NCBI GenBank assembly: GCA_965223855.1
Contig: CBDCXM010000002.1
Span: 128,001 to 192,000 of the forward strand
Direction of reading: 5' to 3'
DNA length: 64,000 nt
Source: Candidatus Multivoradales bacterium
GTDB taxonomy: Bacteria; Acidobacteriota; Thermoanaerobaculia; Multivoradales; JAHEKO01
Part shown: in pieces, positions 38,934-49,792 of the stretch
Position numbering within the stretch: position 1 is the stretch's first letter
How the letters are laid out: the number at the start of each line of letters is the position of its first letter
The notes under the pieces: generated by a model
Seen by the model: the letters and a program-made list of their open reading frames with translations, nothing else
The model's database searches: none
What the model was told of the DNA's origin: nothing
Translations under genes and position numbers: made by a program

Positions 38934-39401
38934 CTACTCGGTGCTCCCCTGTGCTTCGATCTCGAGAGCCTCCTCCAGTGTCTTCTCGTCGATGTGCTCC
39001 TGGAGCCCCGCGAGGGCGGCGCCGACTTCGGGGCTGGTGAACATCTCCCGCCCGGCGACCTGGCCCAGGACATTGAAGCTTGCCTCGAAGGTTGCCGCAC
39101 CGTCGTAGCGAAACGCGTCAGCCGCCTCGGTCCGGCAGCTCTCGGTCACCAGCCGCATGATGAGCTCGGCCATGTTTCGGTTGGCGCCATCTGTCTGCTC
39201 TTTGCTGATCGACACGATGTCCTGCACGGCGGGATGGCTGGCAGCCGCCGAGAACATCCATCTCACGAGCGCTGTGCGGTCCTCAGTTGTCGTCGAGTCG
39301 ACAAGGCACTTGCCCAGGGCGTCCGTGTGCGGGCCGGCCAGAACACGAGTCGCTCCGGCAGGCAACGTCATCAGCAATATCGCAAGCCCCAGGACGCGCA
39401 T
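38934..39401 (-). CDS. Secreted conserved hypothetical protein
   Basis: Signal peptide; GPHTDALGKCLVDSTT.EDR..LVRWMF..HP. Alternative start at 39425. Confidence 0.8.
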   Translation of the reverse strand: MRVLGLAILLMTLPAGATRVLAGPHTDALGKCLVDSTTTEDRTALVRWMFSAAASHPAVQDIVSISKEQTDGANRNMAELIMRLVTESCRTEAADAFRYDGAATFEASFNVLGQVAGREMFTSPEVGAALAGLQEHIDEKTLEEALEIEAQGSTE

Positions 39402-39421
39402 TCCTCTCTTCTCCTTGTGAC

Positions 39422-40444
39422 TCATAGTCCTCCGATCGTAGCGGTCGTGACCCAATGCCTTGCCAGTGCGCGACGTGCTTCCTCCTCCTTGAGAGAGAAG
39501 TCCCGTCCGTTGCGGCCGCCCGGCATCCATTTCCACCAGAACATCCCGGCGACGAAGTCCTGTTGCTCGAGCCGGGCGAGAGCGACATCCATCAACCGCT
39601 CGCGGAGGAGGCGATTGCCGGGGGTGTCGTGGCTGCCGTACGTCCAGGGCTCTCGGGCGGCGTGAGTCGCCCGGTTGTAGCCGATCTCGGCGAAGAGCAC
39701 TCGCTTCTCGAAGCGCGAGGACAGCTCCGCGAGCTGCCGGAGGTGGGGGCTCCACCCTTGCTCGATCTTGCCTGCGTCGGGATCCTCCTCACCCGAGAGC
39801 GGAAAGTAGCCGTGTACGCCGATCAGATCGACGGCGTCCCAGAAGCCGACCTTCCCGACACCGTCCCAGTTGGCGGCGTAGGTGAGAGTGCCGGAGTAGA
39901 CGGCTCGCACGGCGGCGATGACGGCACGCCAATCGTCTTCCCGATGCATCGTCCGTTCGTACTCGACACCCACAGCGAGAAGCTCGATGCCGTGACGCTC
40001 GGCGAAGGCCGCCTGATCGACGATGAAGGCACGGTAGTCGGCGAAGAAGCGTTGCCACTTCTCCTCGGTGTCGAAGTCGATCGATCCGCGCCACTCGAAA
40101 CTGCCCCAGTAGCCGAGGTGAGGCTTCCAGAAGATCCGCACCTCGCTCCGCCGCATGCGCTCGACGGCGTCGGCCAGGTAGCCGGTCTCGGCGGCGGGCC
40201 GGAATCGAATCGCCCCGTCGGTGCCGACCCAGGCGTAGGGGTGGATCGAGGCCCAGTTGGCTCCAAGGGAGGTGATCTCTTCGAGCGCCTCACTCATGGC
40301 TGGGGTACCCCAGATCTGTCCGGCGCGTGGGCACGAGATGATCACGCCGCGCACGAAGCCGTCTCCGCTTCCCGTCGAGGCTGAGAGCGGGAGGGCTCCC
40401 GCGATCGCGATCAGTCCGGCCAGGACAGGGCTGCGCCGCGGCAC
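39422..40444 (-). CDS. Glycoside hydrolase family 113-like TIM-barrel protein
   Basis: KPHL, WRG.I, GVEY, LTYAANWD, FWDAVD.IG..YFPL, FAEIGY, G.FWWKW; start approximate. Confidence 0.82.
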   Translation of the reverse strand: MPRRSPVLAGLIAIAGALPLSASTGSGDGFVRGVIISCPRAGQIWGTPAMSEALEEITSLGANWASIHPYAWVGTDGAIRFRPAAETGYLADAVERMRRSEVRIFWKPHLGYWGSFEWRGSIDFDTEEKWQRFFADYRAFIVDQAAFAERHGIELLAVGVEYERTMHREDDWRAVIAAVRAVYSGTLTYAANWDGVGKVGFWDAVDLIGVHGYFPLSGEEDPDAGKIEQGWSPHLRQLAELSSRFEKRVLFAEIGYNRATHAAREPWTYGSHDTPGNRLLRERLMDVALARLEQQDFVAGMFWWKWMPGGRNGRDFSLKEEEARRALARHWVTTATIGGL

Positions 40445-40451
40445 GAGCTCG

Positions 40452-40997
40452 TCAGTTCTTGCGCCGGCTGAAGAGTCTGACGAGCTGATCGCGCGACGTG
40501 TTGGCGGCCGCCTGCTGGCGCTCCCCGATGCTGCCCGGACGATCGGCCTGGCGTCCGGCGACTCGCGCCTCCGCAGCACGCTCTTTCTCGACTGCGGTGC
40601 GGTAGGACTCGACGACCTTGAGGGTTGCGGCTCGCTCGACGAGACCGACGAGGCGCCCATTGTCGATCACCGGCAGGGTAGGGAAGTTGCAGCACAGGAA
40701 CTGCTCCACGACGCGGAAGAAATCCATCCCCGGCTCACACGAAGGAAAGTCGGTCGACATGTGGTCGCCCACCGTCGCCCCTTCGGCGGTCTCGGTGTAG
40801 AGGAGCGAGGAAACGGCGCGCATCGCGTCCTTCTCCGTGAACATGCCGACGACAGCTCCGTCCTCGAGCACCGCGGTGGCGGTGACATTCGCTCCGACCA
40901 GCCTCTCAATCGCCGAGAAGATCGGCTCGTCCGGAGCGAGGCGCAGTCTCGGTTCCCGCATCCAGTCGCGGGCGGCGGGCAGTCTCGGCTGGCTCAA
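40452..40997 (-). CDS. CBS domain pair protein
   Basis: ARDWM...VVGMFTEKD and VGDHM...LPVIDNGRLVGLV. Confidence 0.88.
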   Translation of the reverse strand: MSQPRLPAARDWMREPRLRLAPDEPIFSAIERLVGANVTATAVLEDGAVVGMFTEKDAMRAVSSLLYTETAEGATVGDHMSTDFPSCEPGMDFFRVVEQFLCCNFPTLPVIDNGRLVGLVERAATLKVVESYRTAVEKERAAEARVAGRQADRPGSIGERQQAAANTSRDQLVRLFSRRKN

Positions 40998-41218
40998 CCC
41001 GACTCTCCTCGGTGAGCGCCTTCGAGGGTCGCCAGAGCTTCGCGCTTGAGTCGATCCCGGTTCGGGCAGGTGGCACAGGTGATCGGCTCACCGTCGGAGT
41101 CGAGAACCGCGGGACCGCCGCAGGAACCTCGCAGGCAGCGGCCCGTGACGAGGACGCCGACCGACATCGCCAGCATGATGGCGGCAAAGAGTGCCAGGGT
41201 CAGGAGGAGGAGTGTCAT
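40994..41218 (-). CDS. nqrM: Na+-NQR maturation factor NqrM
   Basis: TM helix followed by MSVGV...LRGSCGG...CATC; directly downstream of apbE. Confidence 0.85.
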   Translation of the reverse strand: MTLLLLTLALFAAIMLAMSVGVLVTGRCLRGSCGGPAVLDSDGEPITCATCPNRDRLKREALATLEGAHRGESG

Positions 41219-42294
41219 CGTTCTGTCTCTACGGGAAGTGGAAGCTCAGCGGATTCTAGCAATCGATCGAAGGACTCGGAGGTGCGCTCGACGAAGCCGT
41301 CGTCGGTCCGGTCCAGAAAGAGCACCGCCCACCCCTCGACTCGCGCGACTTCCAGCCCCTCTTCGCTTCCCAGGACCAGCATCGCCGTAGCGACGGCATC
41401 GGCGACGGCACATTCGTCATGAAGCACGGTCGTGGACGCGGTGCGATGGGTTGCCGGCCCTCCTGTCCGCGGGTCGAGGACGTGACTGATTCGACGTCCT
41501 TCCACTTCGCGATAGTTCCGATAGTCGCCGCTCGTCGCCATCGCAAGATCCCTCAAGGGAACGACTCGCTGAACGACACCGCGCGCCGCATCCGGACGCT
41601 CGATCCCGAGTGTCCACGCCGCGCCGTCCGGCCGGCGTCCCCCTGCCCGCACCTCCCCCCCGAGCTCGATCAGGTGCCACACGAATCCGAGCGCTTCCAG
41701 CGCCGCCGCCGCGCGGTCGACCGCGTACCCCTTGGCCACGCCCGAAAGGTCGATCTGGAGACCCGGGAGGGCCTTCTCGGCGGTTCCCGCCTCTCGATCG
41801 ATGCTCAGGTGAGCGTCACCCACCACCTCGCGCGCCGTCTCGAGAGTCGTCGGATCCGGATCTCCACGGTGCGCCGCGCTCCCGAATCCCCAGGCTGCGA
41901 CCAGCGGTGCGACCGTGACGTCGAAGGCTCCTCCCGTCCGCGCCGAGACATCAAGTGCGATCGAGAGGACGTCCAGGGTTGGAGGAGACATGGGCTGCGG
42001 CTCGGTCGACGGAGTGTCGTTGAAGCGAGTCACCTCGGACGCTCGATAGGTGGTCATCGCGTCATCCACCGCGCGGAAGGCTTGGTCGACGGCATCCCTC
42101 GCCGCCTCCAGCTCGGCCTCGGTGGCGGGCGTCCCCAACTTCACCGAGTAGGTGGTGCCCATCACCTCTCCCACGAACGAAGCGGGACCGGGCGCGGGAG
42201 CCGGCGCACAGCCGAACCCGAACCACCCAACCATCAACAGGCCGGTCGCCCGAAGGTGCCACACGAATCCGCGGGATGCGGAGGTGGGCCTCAC
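41215..42294 (-). CDS. apbE: FAD:protein FMN transferase ApbE (lipoprotein)
   Basis: MGTTY, GAFDVTV.PL..WGFG, DLSGVAKGYAVD, ATSGDYRNY, SHVLDPRTG, ADA.ATA; probable GTG start at 42294 after an AGAGGGG SD-like sequence. Confidence 0.95.
   Translation of the reverse strand: MRPTSASRGFVWHLRATGLLMVGWFGFGCAPAPAPGPASFVGEVMGTTYSVKLGTPATEAELEAARDAVDQAFRAVDDAMTTYRASEVTRFNDTPSTEPQPMSPPTLDVLSIALDVSARTGGAFDVTVAPLVAAWGFGSAAHRGDPDPTTLETAREVVGDAHLSIDREAGTAEKALPGLQIDLSGVAKGYAVDRAAAALEALGFVWHLIELGGEVRAGGRRPDGAAWTLGIERPDAARGVVQRVVPLRDLAMATSGDYRNYREVEGRRISHVLDPRTGGPATHRTASTTVLHDECAVADAVATAMLVLGSEEGLEVARVEGWAVLFLDRTDDGFVERTSESFDRLLESAELPLPVETER
41672..41688 (+). repeat. Transposase-associated 15-17-nt motif, copy inside the apbE core
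   Basis: AGGTGCCACACGAATCC, identical to 42254-42270 and 48550-48566. Confidence 0.9.
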
Positions 42295-42370
42295 TTCACC
42301 CCTCTTACGCAGGTGCCACACGAATGCGACGGCCTCCACCCATTCCTCGGCGCAGGAGTGCCAGGCGAAT
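42254..42370 (+). repeat. Cluster of the same motif (2 exact + 1 degenerate) at the nqrF-apbE junction
   Basis: Exact copies at 42254-42268 and 42311-42325; GAGTGCCAGGCGAAT (11/15 match) at 42356-42370. Confidence 0.88.
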
Positions 42371-42408
42371 ACGAGCGGAACGCGAGCTGCGACCGCTTCT
42401 CGGCAGGC

Positions 42409-43638
42409 TCAACCGCCGAAGTCGTCGAAGAGGATGTTCTCCGGCTCGACCCCGAGGCTGTCGAGCATCTCCCGGCACGCCTGGAGCATCAGCGGCGGGC
42501 CGCAGATGTAGTACTCGCAGTCTTCGGGCGCCGGGTGGTCCTTGAGGTAATTGTCGAGCAACACCTGGTGAATGAAGCCCGTATATCCACTCCAGTTGTC
42601 TTCCGGCATCGGATCGGAGAGAGCCAGGTGCCACTCGAAATTGTCGTTCGCGGCGGCGATCTCGTTGAAGTCGTCCTCGTAGAACGACTCGCGTCGGCTG
42701 CGCGCGCCATACCAGAAGGAGACCTTGCGATCGGTGCCGAGGCGCTTGAACTGGTCGAAGATGTGGGACCGCATCGGTGCCATGCCGGCCCCGCCGCCGA
42801 TGAAGATCATCTCGGCGTCGGTGTCCTTGGCGAAGAACTCTCCGAACGGCCCGGAGATCACCACTTCGTCCCCCGGCTTGAGGTTGAAGATATAGGAGGA
42901 CATCACGCCCGGCGGAGTGCCTTCCGGCGCCCTCGGCGGGGGAGAAGCGACGCGGACGTTGAGCATGATCATGCCGCGCTCTTCCGGGTAGTTGGCCATC
43001 GAGTAGGCCCGCTGCGCCGGCTCGTCCACCACTGACACGTAACGCCACAGATTGAACTTGTCCCAGTCCTCGCGGTACTTCTCGGCGACGTCGAAATCCT
43101 CGTACTTCGCGACGTGAGGCGGGCATTCGATCTGGATATAGCCGCCGGCCCGGAACGGCACCGACTCACCCTCCGGAAGCTCCAGAACCAGCTCCTTGAT
43201 GAAGGTGGCGACGTTGTCGTTCGACCGCACCTTGCAGGTCCACCGCTTGACGTCGAGGATCTCCGGCTCCATCTCGATCGACATGTCACCCTTGACCTTC
43301 ACCTGGCAAGAAAGACGGCAGCCTTCCCGCGCCTCACCGCGACTGATGTGCCCCGCCTCGGTCGGCAGCATCGCCCCGCCGCCATCGAGGACGTTGACCT
43401 TGCAGACTCCGCAGCTCCCCTTCCCGCCGCATGCGGACGGGACGAAGATCCCCTTGTCGGCCAGCGCACCGAGCAGCGTGCCGCCGGCGGAGACGGTCAT
43501 CGCCAGATCCGGATCACCGTTGACCTCGATCGTGACGTCTCCCGACTGCACGAGTCGGGCGCGCGCGGCGAGTACGATCGCCACCAGCGACAGGATGACC
43601 GCCGTGAACATCGCAACGCCGATGAGGATGGTCGACAT
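42409..43638 (-). CDS. nqrF: Na+-translocating NADH:quinone reductase subunit F
   Basis: [12 protein letters not shown] 2Fe-2S motif, [24 protein letters not shown]-terminal DDFGG. Confidence 0.98.
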   Translation of the reverse strand: MSTILIGVAMFTAVILSLVAIVLAARARLVQSGDVTIEVNGDPDLAMTVSAGGTLLGALADKGIFVPSACGGKGSCGVCKVNVLDGGGAMLPTEAGHISRGEAREGCRLSCQVKVKGDMSIEMEPEILDVKRWTCKVRSNDNVATFIKELVLELPEGESVPFRAGGYIQIECPPHVAKYEDFDVAEKYREDWDKFNLWRYVSVVDEPAQRAYSMANYPEERGMIMLNVRVASPPPRAPEGTPPGVMSSYIFNLKPGDEVVISGPFGEFFAKDTDAEMIFIGGGAGMAPMRSHIFDQFKRLGTDRKVSFWYGARSRRESFYEDDFNEIAAANDNFEWHLALSDPMPEDNWSGYTGFIHQVLLDNYLKDHPAPEDCEYYICGPPLMLQACREMLDSLGVEPENILFDDFGG

Positions 43639-44252
43639 CAGAGCTGAATCCCGGAGAACGCCAGGAAGGCGATAGCGAGCAGGCCGGTCAGAAGGAAGGC
43701 CATTCCGAGGCCGCGCAGACCCTCCGGCACGTTGCTGTAGCGCAATCGCTCCCGGCACGAGGCGAGCGCCACGATGGCGAGCGCCCAGCCGACACCGGAG
43801 CCGAAGCCGAAGACGGCGCTCTCGGTGAGGTTGTACTCACGCTCCACCATGAAGAGCGACGCGCCGAGGATGGCGCAGTTGACGGCGATCAGCGGCAGGA
43901 AGACGCCGAGCGTGGTGTAGAGCGCCGGAGCGTAGCGATCGAGCGCCATCTCGACGATCTGGACCGCTGCGGCGATCGAGCCGATGTAGGAGAGCAGCCC
44001 GAGGAAGGAAAGGTCGTAGCCACCCAGAGACTCGTTGACCCAGGAGAGCGCTCCTTCCTTGAGGAGGTAGGAGTAGACGAGGTTGTTCAGCGGCACCGTG
44101 ACCGTCATGACGAAGATCACCGCCGCTCCGAGCCCGATCGCCGTCTCGACCTTCTTGGAACAGGCGAGGAAGGTGCACATGCCGAGGAAGAAGGCGAGCG
44201 CCAGATTCTCGACGAAGATCGCCTTGATGGCGAGGTTCAGGTACTGTTCCAT
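43638..44252 (-). CDS. nqrE: Na+-NQR subunit E
   Basis: [30 protein letters not shown]-terminal FSGIQL. Confidence 0.97.
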   Translation of the reverse strand: MEQYLNLAIKAIFVENLALAFFLGMCTFLACSKKVETAIGLGAAVIFVMTVTVPLNNLVYSYLLKEGALSWVNESLGGYDLSFLGLLSYIGSIAAAVQIVEMALDRYAPALYTTLGVFLPLIAVNCAILGASLFMVEREYNLTESAVFGFGSGVGWALAIVALASCRERLRYSNVPEGLRGLGMAFLLTGLLAIAFLAFSGIQL

Positions 44253-44875
44253 CAGTCCTCCTCCACCTGCTCGGGCTTCCAGGTCCTCAGCCCCCAGATC
44301 AGGAAGGCGATGAGGAAGAACGCCCCGGGCGAGAGCACCATCAGGCCGTTCGGGACGTACCAACCCCCCTCGGAGACCAGGGGCAGCACCGGATGGCCGT
44401 AGATCTTTCCGGAGCCCAGCAGCTCACGGAAGAAGCCGACGATCAGGAGTACGACGGCGTAGCCGAAGCCGTTGCCGAGGCCGTCGAGAAGACTCTTGCC
44501 CGGCGAGTTCTGCATCGCATATCCCTCGGCGCGCCCCATGATGATGCAGTTCGTGATGATGAGGCCGACGAAGACCGAGAGCTGCTTGGAGACGTCGAAG
44601 AGGAAAGCCTTGAGAACCTGGTCGGCGACGATCACGAACGAGGCGATGATCGTCAGCTGGACGATGATGCGGATGCTCGACGGGATGTGATTGCGCAGCA
44701 GGCTCACGGAGACGTTCGAGGCCGACAGCACGGCGATCACGGCGGCCGACATGACCACCGAGGTCTCGAGCTTGGTCGTTACGGCCAGCGCCGAACAGAT
44801 GCCCAGGACCTGAAGGGCGATCGGGTTGTTCGTGAAGATCGGATCGAGGACGATCTGCGAGTTCTTGTCGGCCAT
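44252..44875 (-). CDS. nqrD: Na+-NQR subunit D
   Basis: [36 protein letters not shown]. Confidence 0.97.
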   Translation of the reverse strand: MADKNSQIVLDPIFTNNPIALQVLGICSALAVTTKLETSVVMSAAVIAVLSASNVSVSLLRNHIPSSIRIIVQLTIIASFVIVADQVLKAFLFDVSKQLSVFVGLIITNCIIMGRAEGYAMQNSPGKSLLDGLGNGFGYAVVLLIVGFFRELLGSGKIYGHPVLPLVSEGGWYVPNGLMVLSPGAFFLIAFLIWGLRTWKPEQVEED

Positions 44876-45678
44876 CAGGCGGCGCTCCTCTCGGCGCTGG
44901 GACGATCGTCGTTGGCGAGGCGCAGCTTCTCGAGGTACGGGCCGAACCCATCGGGACCGAGCCAGAAGTCGAGCATGTTGGTGATCCCGCGGCTGGTGAT
45001 GGTCGCCCCGGAGAGGCCATCGACCTGGAGCGGCGCCTCTGAGGCCGGCGGCGCCAGCCCCTTGACCACCTCGAGGGCGGGTTGCCAGGAGTCGTCGAAC
45101 ACCTCCCTGCCGGGCCACAGCGCCTTCCATCTCGGGTTGTCGACTTCGCCTCCGAGCCCGGGCGTCTCCTTGTGCTCGTAGTAGGTGATGCCGACCACGG
45201 TGTCGGTGTCGTCATCGAGCGCCAGATAGCCGTAGAGCGTGCCCCACAGCCCGTAGCCCTCGATCGGCAGCACCACCTTGTCGAGGGCGCCGGAGTCGTC
45301 GAGGACCTTGTAGACGAGCGCCAGTTCGGGCACCCGGTTGACCCGAGCCGGATTGCTCTCGACCGCTCGCGAGCGGGCCGGGTCCTTCTTGGCTTTCTGC
45401 TGGTCGTAGGTCTGAGTGTCGCCTTCCGCCTCTTCGCCGGTGGCGAGGTCGACGAGCACCGCCTCGAGGCGTGCCGACTTGGCGGCGAGCTCGTCGCCTG
45501 CCGGCTTTTCGCCGGCGGCGATCAGTCCGGCCGCCTCGAGCACGTTGAGCTGCCGATCGAGCACCTTGTTGGCCTCCTGCTCTTCCTTGAGAGTGACGGC
45601 GGAGCTCGAGACCATCACCGCGCACAGCACGCAGAGGCCGGCGGAGAAGAGCAGGGTGTAGAGGACGCTATGCCGCAT
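44875..45678 (-). CDS. nqrC: Na+-NQR subunit C
   Basis: [20 protein letters not shown] site [10 protein letters not shown]. Confidence 0.97.
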   Translation of the reverse strand: MRHSVLYTLLFSAGLCVLCAVMVSSSAVTLKEEQEANKVLDRQLNVLEAAGLIAAGEKPAGDELAAKSARLEAVLVDLATGEEAEGDTQTYDQQKAKKDPARSRAVESNPARVNRVPELALVYKVLDDSGALDKVVLPIEGYGLWGTLYGYLALDDDTDTVVGITYYEHKETPGLGGEVDNPRWKALWPGREVFDDSWQPALEVVKGLAPPASEAPLQVDGLSGATITSRGITNMLDFWLGPDGFGPYLEKLRLANDDRPSAERSAA

Positions 45679-46888
45679 ATCGGGCCTGTCGACGTTTGAT
45701 GTTCGCGCGGACGACGAAGTGGTCGATCGTCGAGGCGAATACGTTCATGAAAAGGATGGCGAGCATCATCCCCTCCGGATAGGCGGGGTTGAGCACCCGC
45801 ACGACGATCGCCATGACACCGACGAGGAAGCCGTAGATGTACTTGCCGGCGTTCGTGTGGGCCGCCGAGACGGGGTCGGTTGCCATGAAGACGGCGCCGA
45901 AGGCCCAGCCGCCGAGGACGATCTGCCAGTGGAACGGCACGTTGATCAGCAGGTTGGTCTCGGAGCCGACAGCATTGAGCAGGGCGGTCGTGGCGAAGGT
46001 GCCGATGACGAGCGACACCATGATGCGCCACGAGCCGATGCCGGAGAGCACCAGGATGGCGGCGCCGATGAGGCACGCGATGGCGGAGGTCTCTCCCATC
46101 GAGCCCGGGATGGTTCCGACGAGCGCGTCCTTCCAGGCCAGTCCCTTCTCGAGACCCGCCACGCCGTCCGTGGCGGCGATCGAGAGCCAGGTCGCGCCGC
46201 TGTAACCGTCGGGGCTCGTCTGGGCGGCGATCCACACCTTGTCTCCGGAGATCTCCGCAGGGTAGGCGAAGAACAGGAACGCGCGCGCCGTGAGTGCCGG
46301 GTTGAGGATGTTCATCCCGGTGCCTCCGAAGACCTCCTTGCCGACGATGACGCCGAAGAGGACGCCGAGGGCGACCTGCCAGAGAGGGATGGTCGGCGGC
46401 AGGGTCAACGGCAGCAGCATGCCGGTGACGAGGAAGCCCTCGTTGATCTCGTGCTTGCGGACGATGGAGAAGAGAGCTTCGGCGTTGCCTCCGACCACGA
46501 ACGTGACGAGAAGCACGGGAAGGTAGTAGAGAGCGCCGTGGGTGATGCAGGCGAGCATGTCGGCCGGGTTGAAGGCGAGACCGAGACGCTCCATCGCCGT
46601 CGTCTGCCAGGTGTCGAGTGGCAGTGCTCCGCCCGTGATCGCCCGATGGGCTTGGAGGCCGGTGTTGTACATCGCCATGAACATCGTCGGGATGAGCGCC
46701 ACGACGACGGTCATCATCATCCGCTTGAGATCGAGCGCGTCGCGGACGTGCGTCGAGCCCGACGTGACCGTCCCGGGGGTGTAGAGGAACGTGTCCGGGG
46801 CCTCGTATAGGGCATGGAACTTCTCGAGCTTGCCTCCGGGCTCGAAATGCTTCGACTGGCGATCGAGGAACCTACGCAGGAACTTCAT
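45668..46888 (-). CDS. nqrB: Na+-NQR subunit B
   Basis: [25 protein letters not shown] site [26 protein letters not shown]. Confidence 0.97.
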   Translation of the reverse strand: MKFLRRFLDRQSKHFEPGGKLEKFHALYEAPDTFLYTPGTVTSGSTHVRDALDLKRMMMTVVVALIPTMFMAMYNTGLQAHRAITGGALPLDTWQTTAMERLGLAFNPADMLACITHGALYYLPVLLVTFVVGGNAEALFSIVRKHEINEGFLVTGMLLPLTLPPTIPLWQVALGVLFGVIVGKEVFGGTGMNILNPALTARAFLFFAYPAEISGDKVWIAAQTSPDGYSGATWLSIAATDGVAGLEKGLAWKDALVGTIPGSMGETSAIACLIGAAILVLSGIGSWRIMVSLVIGTFATTALLNAVGSETNLLINVPFHWQIVLGGWAFGAVFMATDPVSAAHTNAGKYIYGFLVGVMAIVVRVLNPAYPEGMMLAILFMNVFASTIDHFVVRANIKRRQARYAA

Positions 46889-48255
46889 CAGCCTTCCTTC
46901 TCGATCGTGGTCAGCATCGACCGCAGGTACTCGCCGTAGTTGTGCTTGCCGGGGCAGACGAAGGACAGCACTCCGAGGTCCTCCTCGTCGAGTTCGAGGA
47001 CGCCGAGTGTCTCGGCCTGCTCCAGGTCTCCGGCGGCGAGCGAGCGCAGCAGATAGGAGGGCGGGATGTCGAAGGGAAACACCTTCTCGTACATGCCGAT
47101 CGGGACGATGGCGCGGTCGGAGCCGTTCTTGGTGGTGGAGAAGGGGAACCTCCGGCCCGGCAGGAGCTTCGAGGCGAACACGTTGACGACGGAGAACTTG
47201 TCGGTGCCGGGCGTCAGCCAACCGAGGAACTCGCGCTCCCGACCCTCGCGCAGGACGGTCACCTGGTTGTGATGCCGGCCGAGGAAGCCGTGGATCTCGC
47301 CCATGGCCCTGCGTCCGTAGAGCGGTGAGCCGGAGATGACGCGGTTGTCACCCTCGACGAGCTCGCCGCGCACCAGATCGTCGAGGTGGGCTCCGATGCG
47401 GGTTCGAAGGAGTCGCGGCCGCTCGACCGCGGGCCCGGCCAGTGCGATCGTGCGCTGCACGTCGAGGTTGCCGGTCTCGAAAAGGTGCCCGATCGCCAGC
47501 ACTTCCTGGTAGCCGATCCACCAGACGGTGCGTTGGCGACTCGCGGGTGCAAGTTGGTGGATGTGGTAGCCGGCCGTGCCGGAGGGATGGGGGCCGGAGA
47601 ACTGCTCGTGCCGGAAGTCGCCCGCGGGCAGCGTCGGAGTGAATCCGGTGTGGGTGCAGACAAAGACCGGCCCGTCGGTCAACTTGCCGAGGGCGGTGAG
47701 GCCGCGCTCCAGGTCTCCTTCGCGACCGGCGATCACCTGTCGCGGATCGGGGGAAAGGGGGTGGGAGTCGGTGAGATTGACGAAGATCGCCGCGGCAGTG
47801 GAGTCGGGTTCGGGAACCCGGCTGAACGGCCGGCGCCGCAGGGCGACCCACTGCCCGGACTCGACCAGCAGTGCCCGAACCTGGTCACCGGTCATCGCGT
47901 TCGGATGCTGACCGGAGAAGGCGCGGAATCGACTGGCACCTCCCTTGCCGCCGCGCTCCGCCGCCGTGAGCTCGACGACGACCGACTGCAGTGCTCGCCG
48001 GTCGCCGCGGTGGACTCCGACCACCTTGCCGTCGGCCGGGGAGGTGTGGAGCACGCCGGGAGTCTTCTTGTCCTCGAACAGGACCTGCCCTCTTTGTACC
48101 GAGTCGCCGACGCCGACCTTCATCGTCGGCTTGAGGCCGACGAAGTCGTGGGCCAGGACGGCGACGCGGGCGACCTGGCGGGCATCCTCGACGATGGCTT
48201 CAGGGCTGCCCGTGATCGGGAGGTCGATCCCGGTACGCGTTCTGTGGTGGGCCAT
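46888..48255 (-). CDS. nqrA: Na+-NQR subunit A
   Basis: [38 protein letters not shown]...FVCPGK..YG..LR..L..IEKEG. Confidence 0.97.
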   Translation of the reverse strand: MAHHRTRTGIDLPITGSPEAIVEDARQVARVAVLAHDFVGLKPTMKVGVGDSVQRGQVLFEDKKTPGVLHTSPADGKVVGVHRGDRRALQSVVVELTAAERGGKGGASRFRAFSGQHPNAMTGDQVRALLVESGQWVALRRRPFSRVPEPDSTAAAIFVNLTDSHPLSPDPRQVIAGREGDLERGLTALGKLTDGPVFVCTHTGFTPTLPAGDFRHEQFSGPHPSGTAGYHIHQLAPASRQRTVWWIGYQEVLAIGHLFETGNLDVQRTIALAGPAVERPRLLRTRIGAHLDDLVRGELVEGDNRVISGSPLYGRRAMGEIHGFLGRHHNQVTVLREGREREFLGWLTPGTDKFSVVNVFASKLLPGRRFPFSTTKNGSDRAIVPIGMYEKVFPFDIPPSYLLRSLAAGDLEQAETLGVLELDEEDLGVLSFVCPGKHNYGEYLRSMLTTIEKEG

Positions 48256-48309
48256 TCGTATCTGGTTCCAGTGCTGTGAGCCGGGTGGCTGAGAGGCGAT
48301 TCTGTCTGC

Positions 48310-48327
48310 TTGTGAAAAAAATCACAA
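48310..48327. promoter_or_regulatory. Palindromic operator upstream of nqrA (Rex-type or CRP-family box)
   Basis: TTGTGAAAAAAATCACAA: one mismatch to the Rex consensus TTGTGAA-N4-TTCACAA and an exact TGTGA-N6-TCACA match. Confidence 0.75.
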
Positions 48328-48487
48328 GCTCAATCACACATCCCGCTGACCGGGACTCGACGAAACGAGACGCGGCCGGACCGACGGTTTCCGGCGCAGC
48401 GGTTTGTGAATCCCCATTGTCCCCGACCGCCGAGATCGCCGTCAACACTCCGCCGCCGAGCGTTGCCCCGAGCAGGTGCAGTGGGGA

Positions 48488-48566
48488 AGGTGCCACACGA
48501 ATGTCCGCCGGCCGAGTAGGTGCGCCCGCAGAGTAGGTGCCCGCAGAGTAGGTGCCACACGAATCC
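48488..48566 (+). repeat. REP-like repeat cluster upstream of the HUH transposase
   Basis: AGGTGCCACACGAAT at 48488 and 48550; GAGTAGGTGC three times at 48514, 48531 and 48546. Confidence 0.9.
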
Positions 48567-48626
48567 AGACAACGAGGTTCTCATCCGCTGTGAGATCCGG
48601 GTGTGCGATGCCGTCTGGCTGGTGTG

Positions 48627-49529
48627 ATGGCACGCCCGCTGCGATACCTCCCTTCAGAGGCTCTGGTAGAAGTTACCTGCCGCGTACTTCAGCGCAGATT
48701 CCTCCTTCGGCCGTCGCCGGCCCTCAACGCGATCGTCATAGGAGCCCTCGCTCGAGGGCAGGAGCGGTACGGGATGAGGGTCTGCGCCTTCATCTACCTC
48801 TCGAACCACTGCCACCTCCTGCTCTATCCGACCGACGGCAAGCAGCTTGCCGACTTCATGCGCTACGTGAACTCGAAGATTGCGCGAGAGGTCTGTCGGC
48901 TGCATGACTGGGGTGAGAAGGTGTGGGGCAGGCGCTATGTGGGCATCAGGGTGTCGGACACGAGGGTAGATCAGGTTCGCCGGCTCCGGTATCTGCTCTC
49001 GCAGGGCTGCAAGGAGGGGCTCGTCGCCTCTCCTCGGCATTGGCCCGGTGCGACGTCCACGAGAGCACTGATGCAGGACGAAGAGGTCGAAGGAGTCTGG
49101 ATCGACAGGACGTCTCAGTACCGTGCCAAAGGAGGGCGAGGAGCAGGGCCCGAAGCTCGGTTCACGACTCGCCATCGTCTGAAGCTCACGCCGCTGCCGT
49201 GCTGGGAAGGTACTCCGGACGCCGAATGGAGAGCAGAGGTGAGGAGGCTCGTCAAGGAGATCGAGGACGAGGCGCCGAGAAAGGTCCTGGGGAGGAGGGC
49301 GATCCTTCGACAGCATCCTCATGATCGTCCGAAAGGGCCTGCGTCATGGAGGCCCGCACCTCGGTTCCACGCCATCGAGCGGGAGGTCAGACAGTCTCTC
49401 GAGAACGCCTATCGGCTGGCGGTCATCGCCTACCGTGAGGCACGCGAGGAACTGCTTGAGGGGAGGGAGGCTCGCTTCCCATGCGGTTGCTTCCCTCCTG
49501 CCCTGAGTTTCGTTCGGATGCAGGTGTGA
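48627..49529 (+). mobile_element. REP-associated tyrosine transposase (RAYT)-like HUH/Y1 transposase
   Basis: MARPLR start, YLSNHCHLL (HUH), W.RRY, LRYLLSQGCKEGLV..P..WPG (catalytic Tyr region); no tnpB; GTAG-containing repeats adjacent. Confidence 0.88.
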
Positions 49530-49792
49530 CCGCAGTGTCTGACCGTCCTAGCGACGACAGCAGGATCGCCGGAACTCCGCGCTAGCTGGACGACCGGGAA
49601 GGTAGAGGCGAGGGCTTCACAGAGACCTGGCCCGTCGGCAGCTGCCTTCTGCTTCTCCGGCGCTACTTGGTGCTGTCGTCAGCCCATCGGAACGGGCGGT
49701 GGGCGCGCGAAGGCCGCGCCTTACGCTCCGCATGAAGAGTGGCTCGCGCCGGCGGACCTCCACCGGAGCCCTTGCTACCAGTCGTGGTCGGC

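Noticed and set aside
42626-42640. 13/15 match to the transposase-associated motif (AGGTGCCACTCGAAA) inside nqrF
   Set aside because: It encodes [11 protein letters not shown], a segment natively conserved in NqrF, so protein constraint explains it. Not counted as a copy.
48488-48566. Possible CRISPR mini-array
   Set aside because: The repeats are too short, spacing is irregular, and there are no cas genes.
48330-48584. ORF containing GFVWHLLCGHLLCG
   Set aside because: It is a translation of the repeat cluster in a promoter region; there is no evidence it is a gene.
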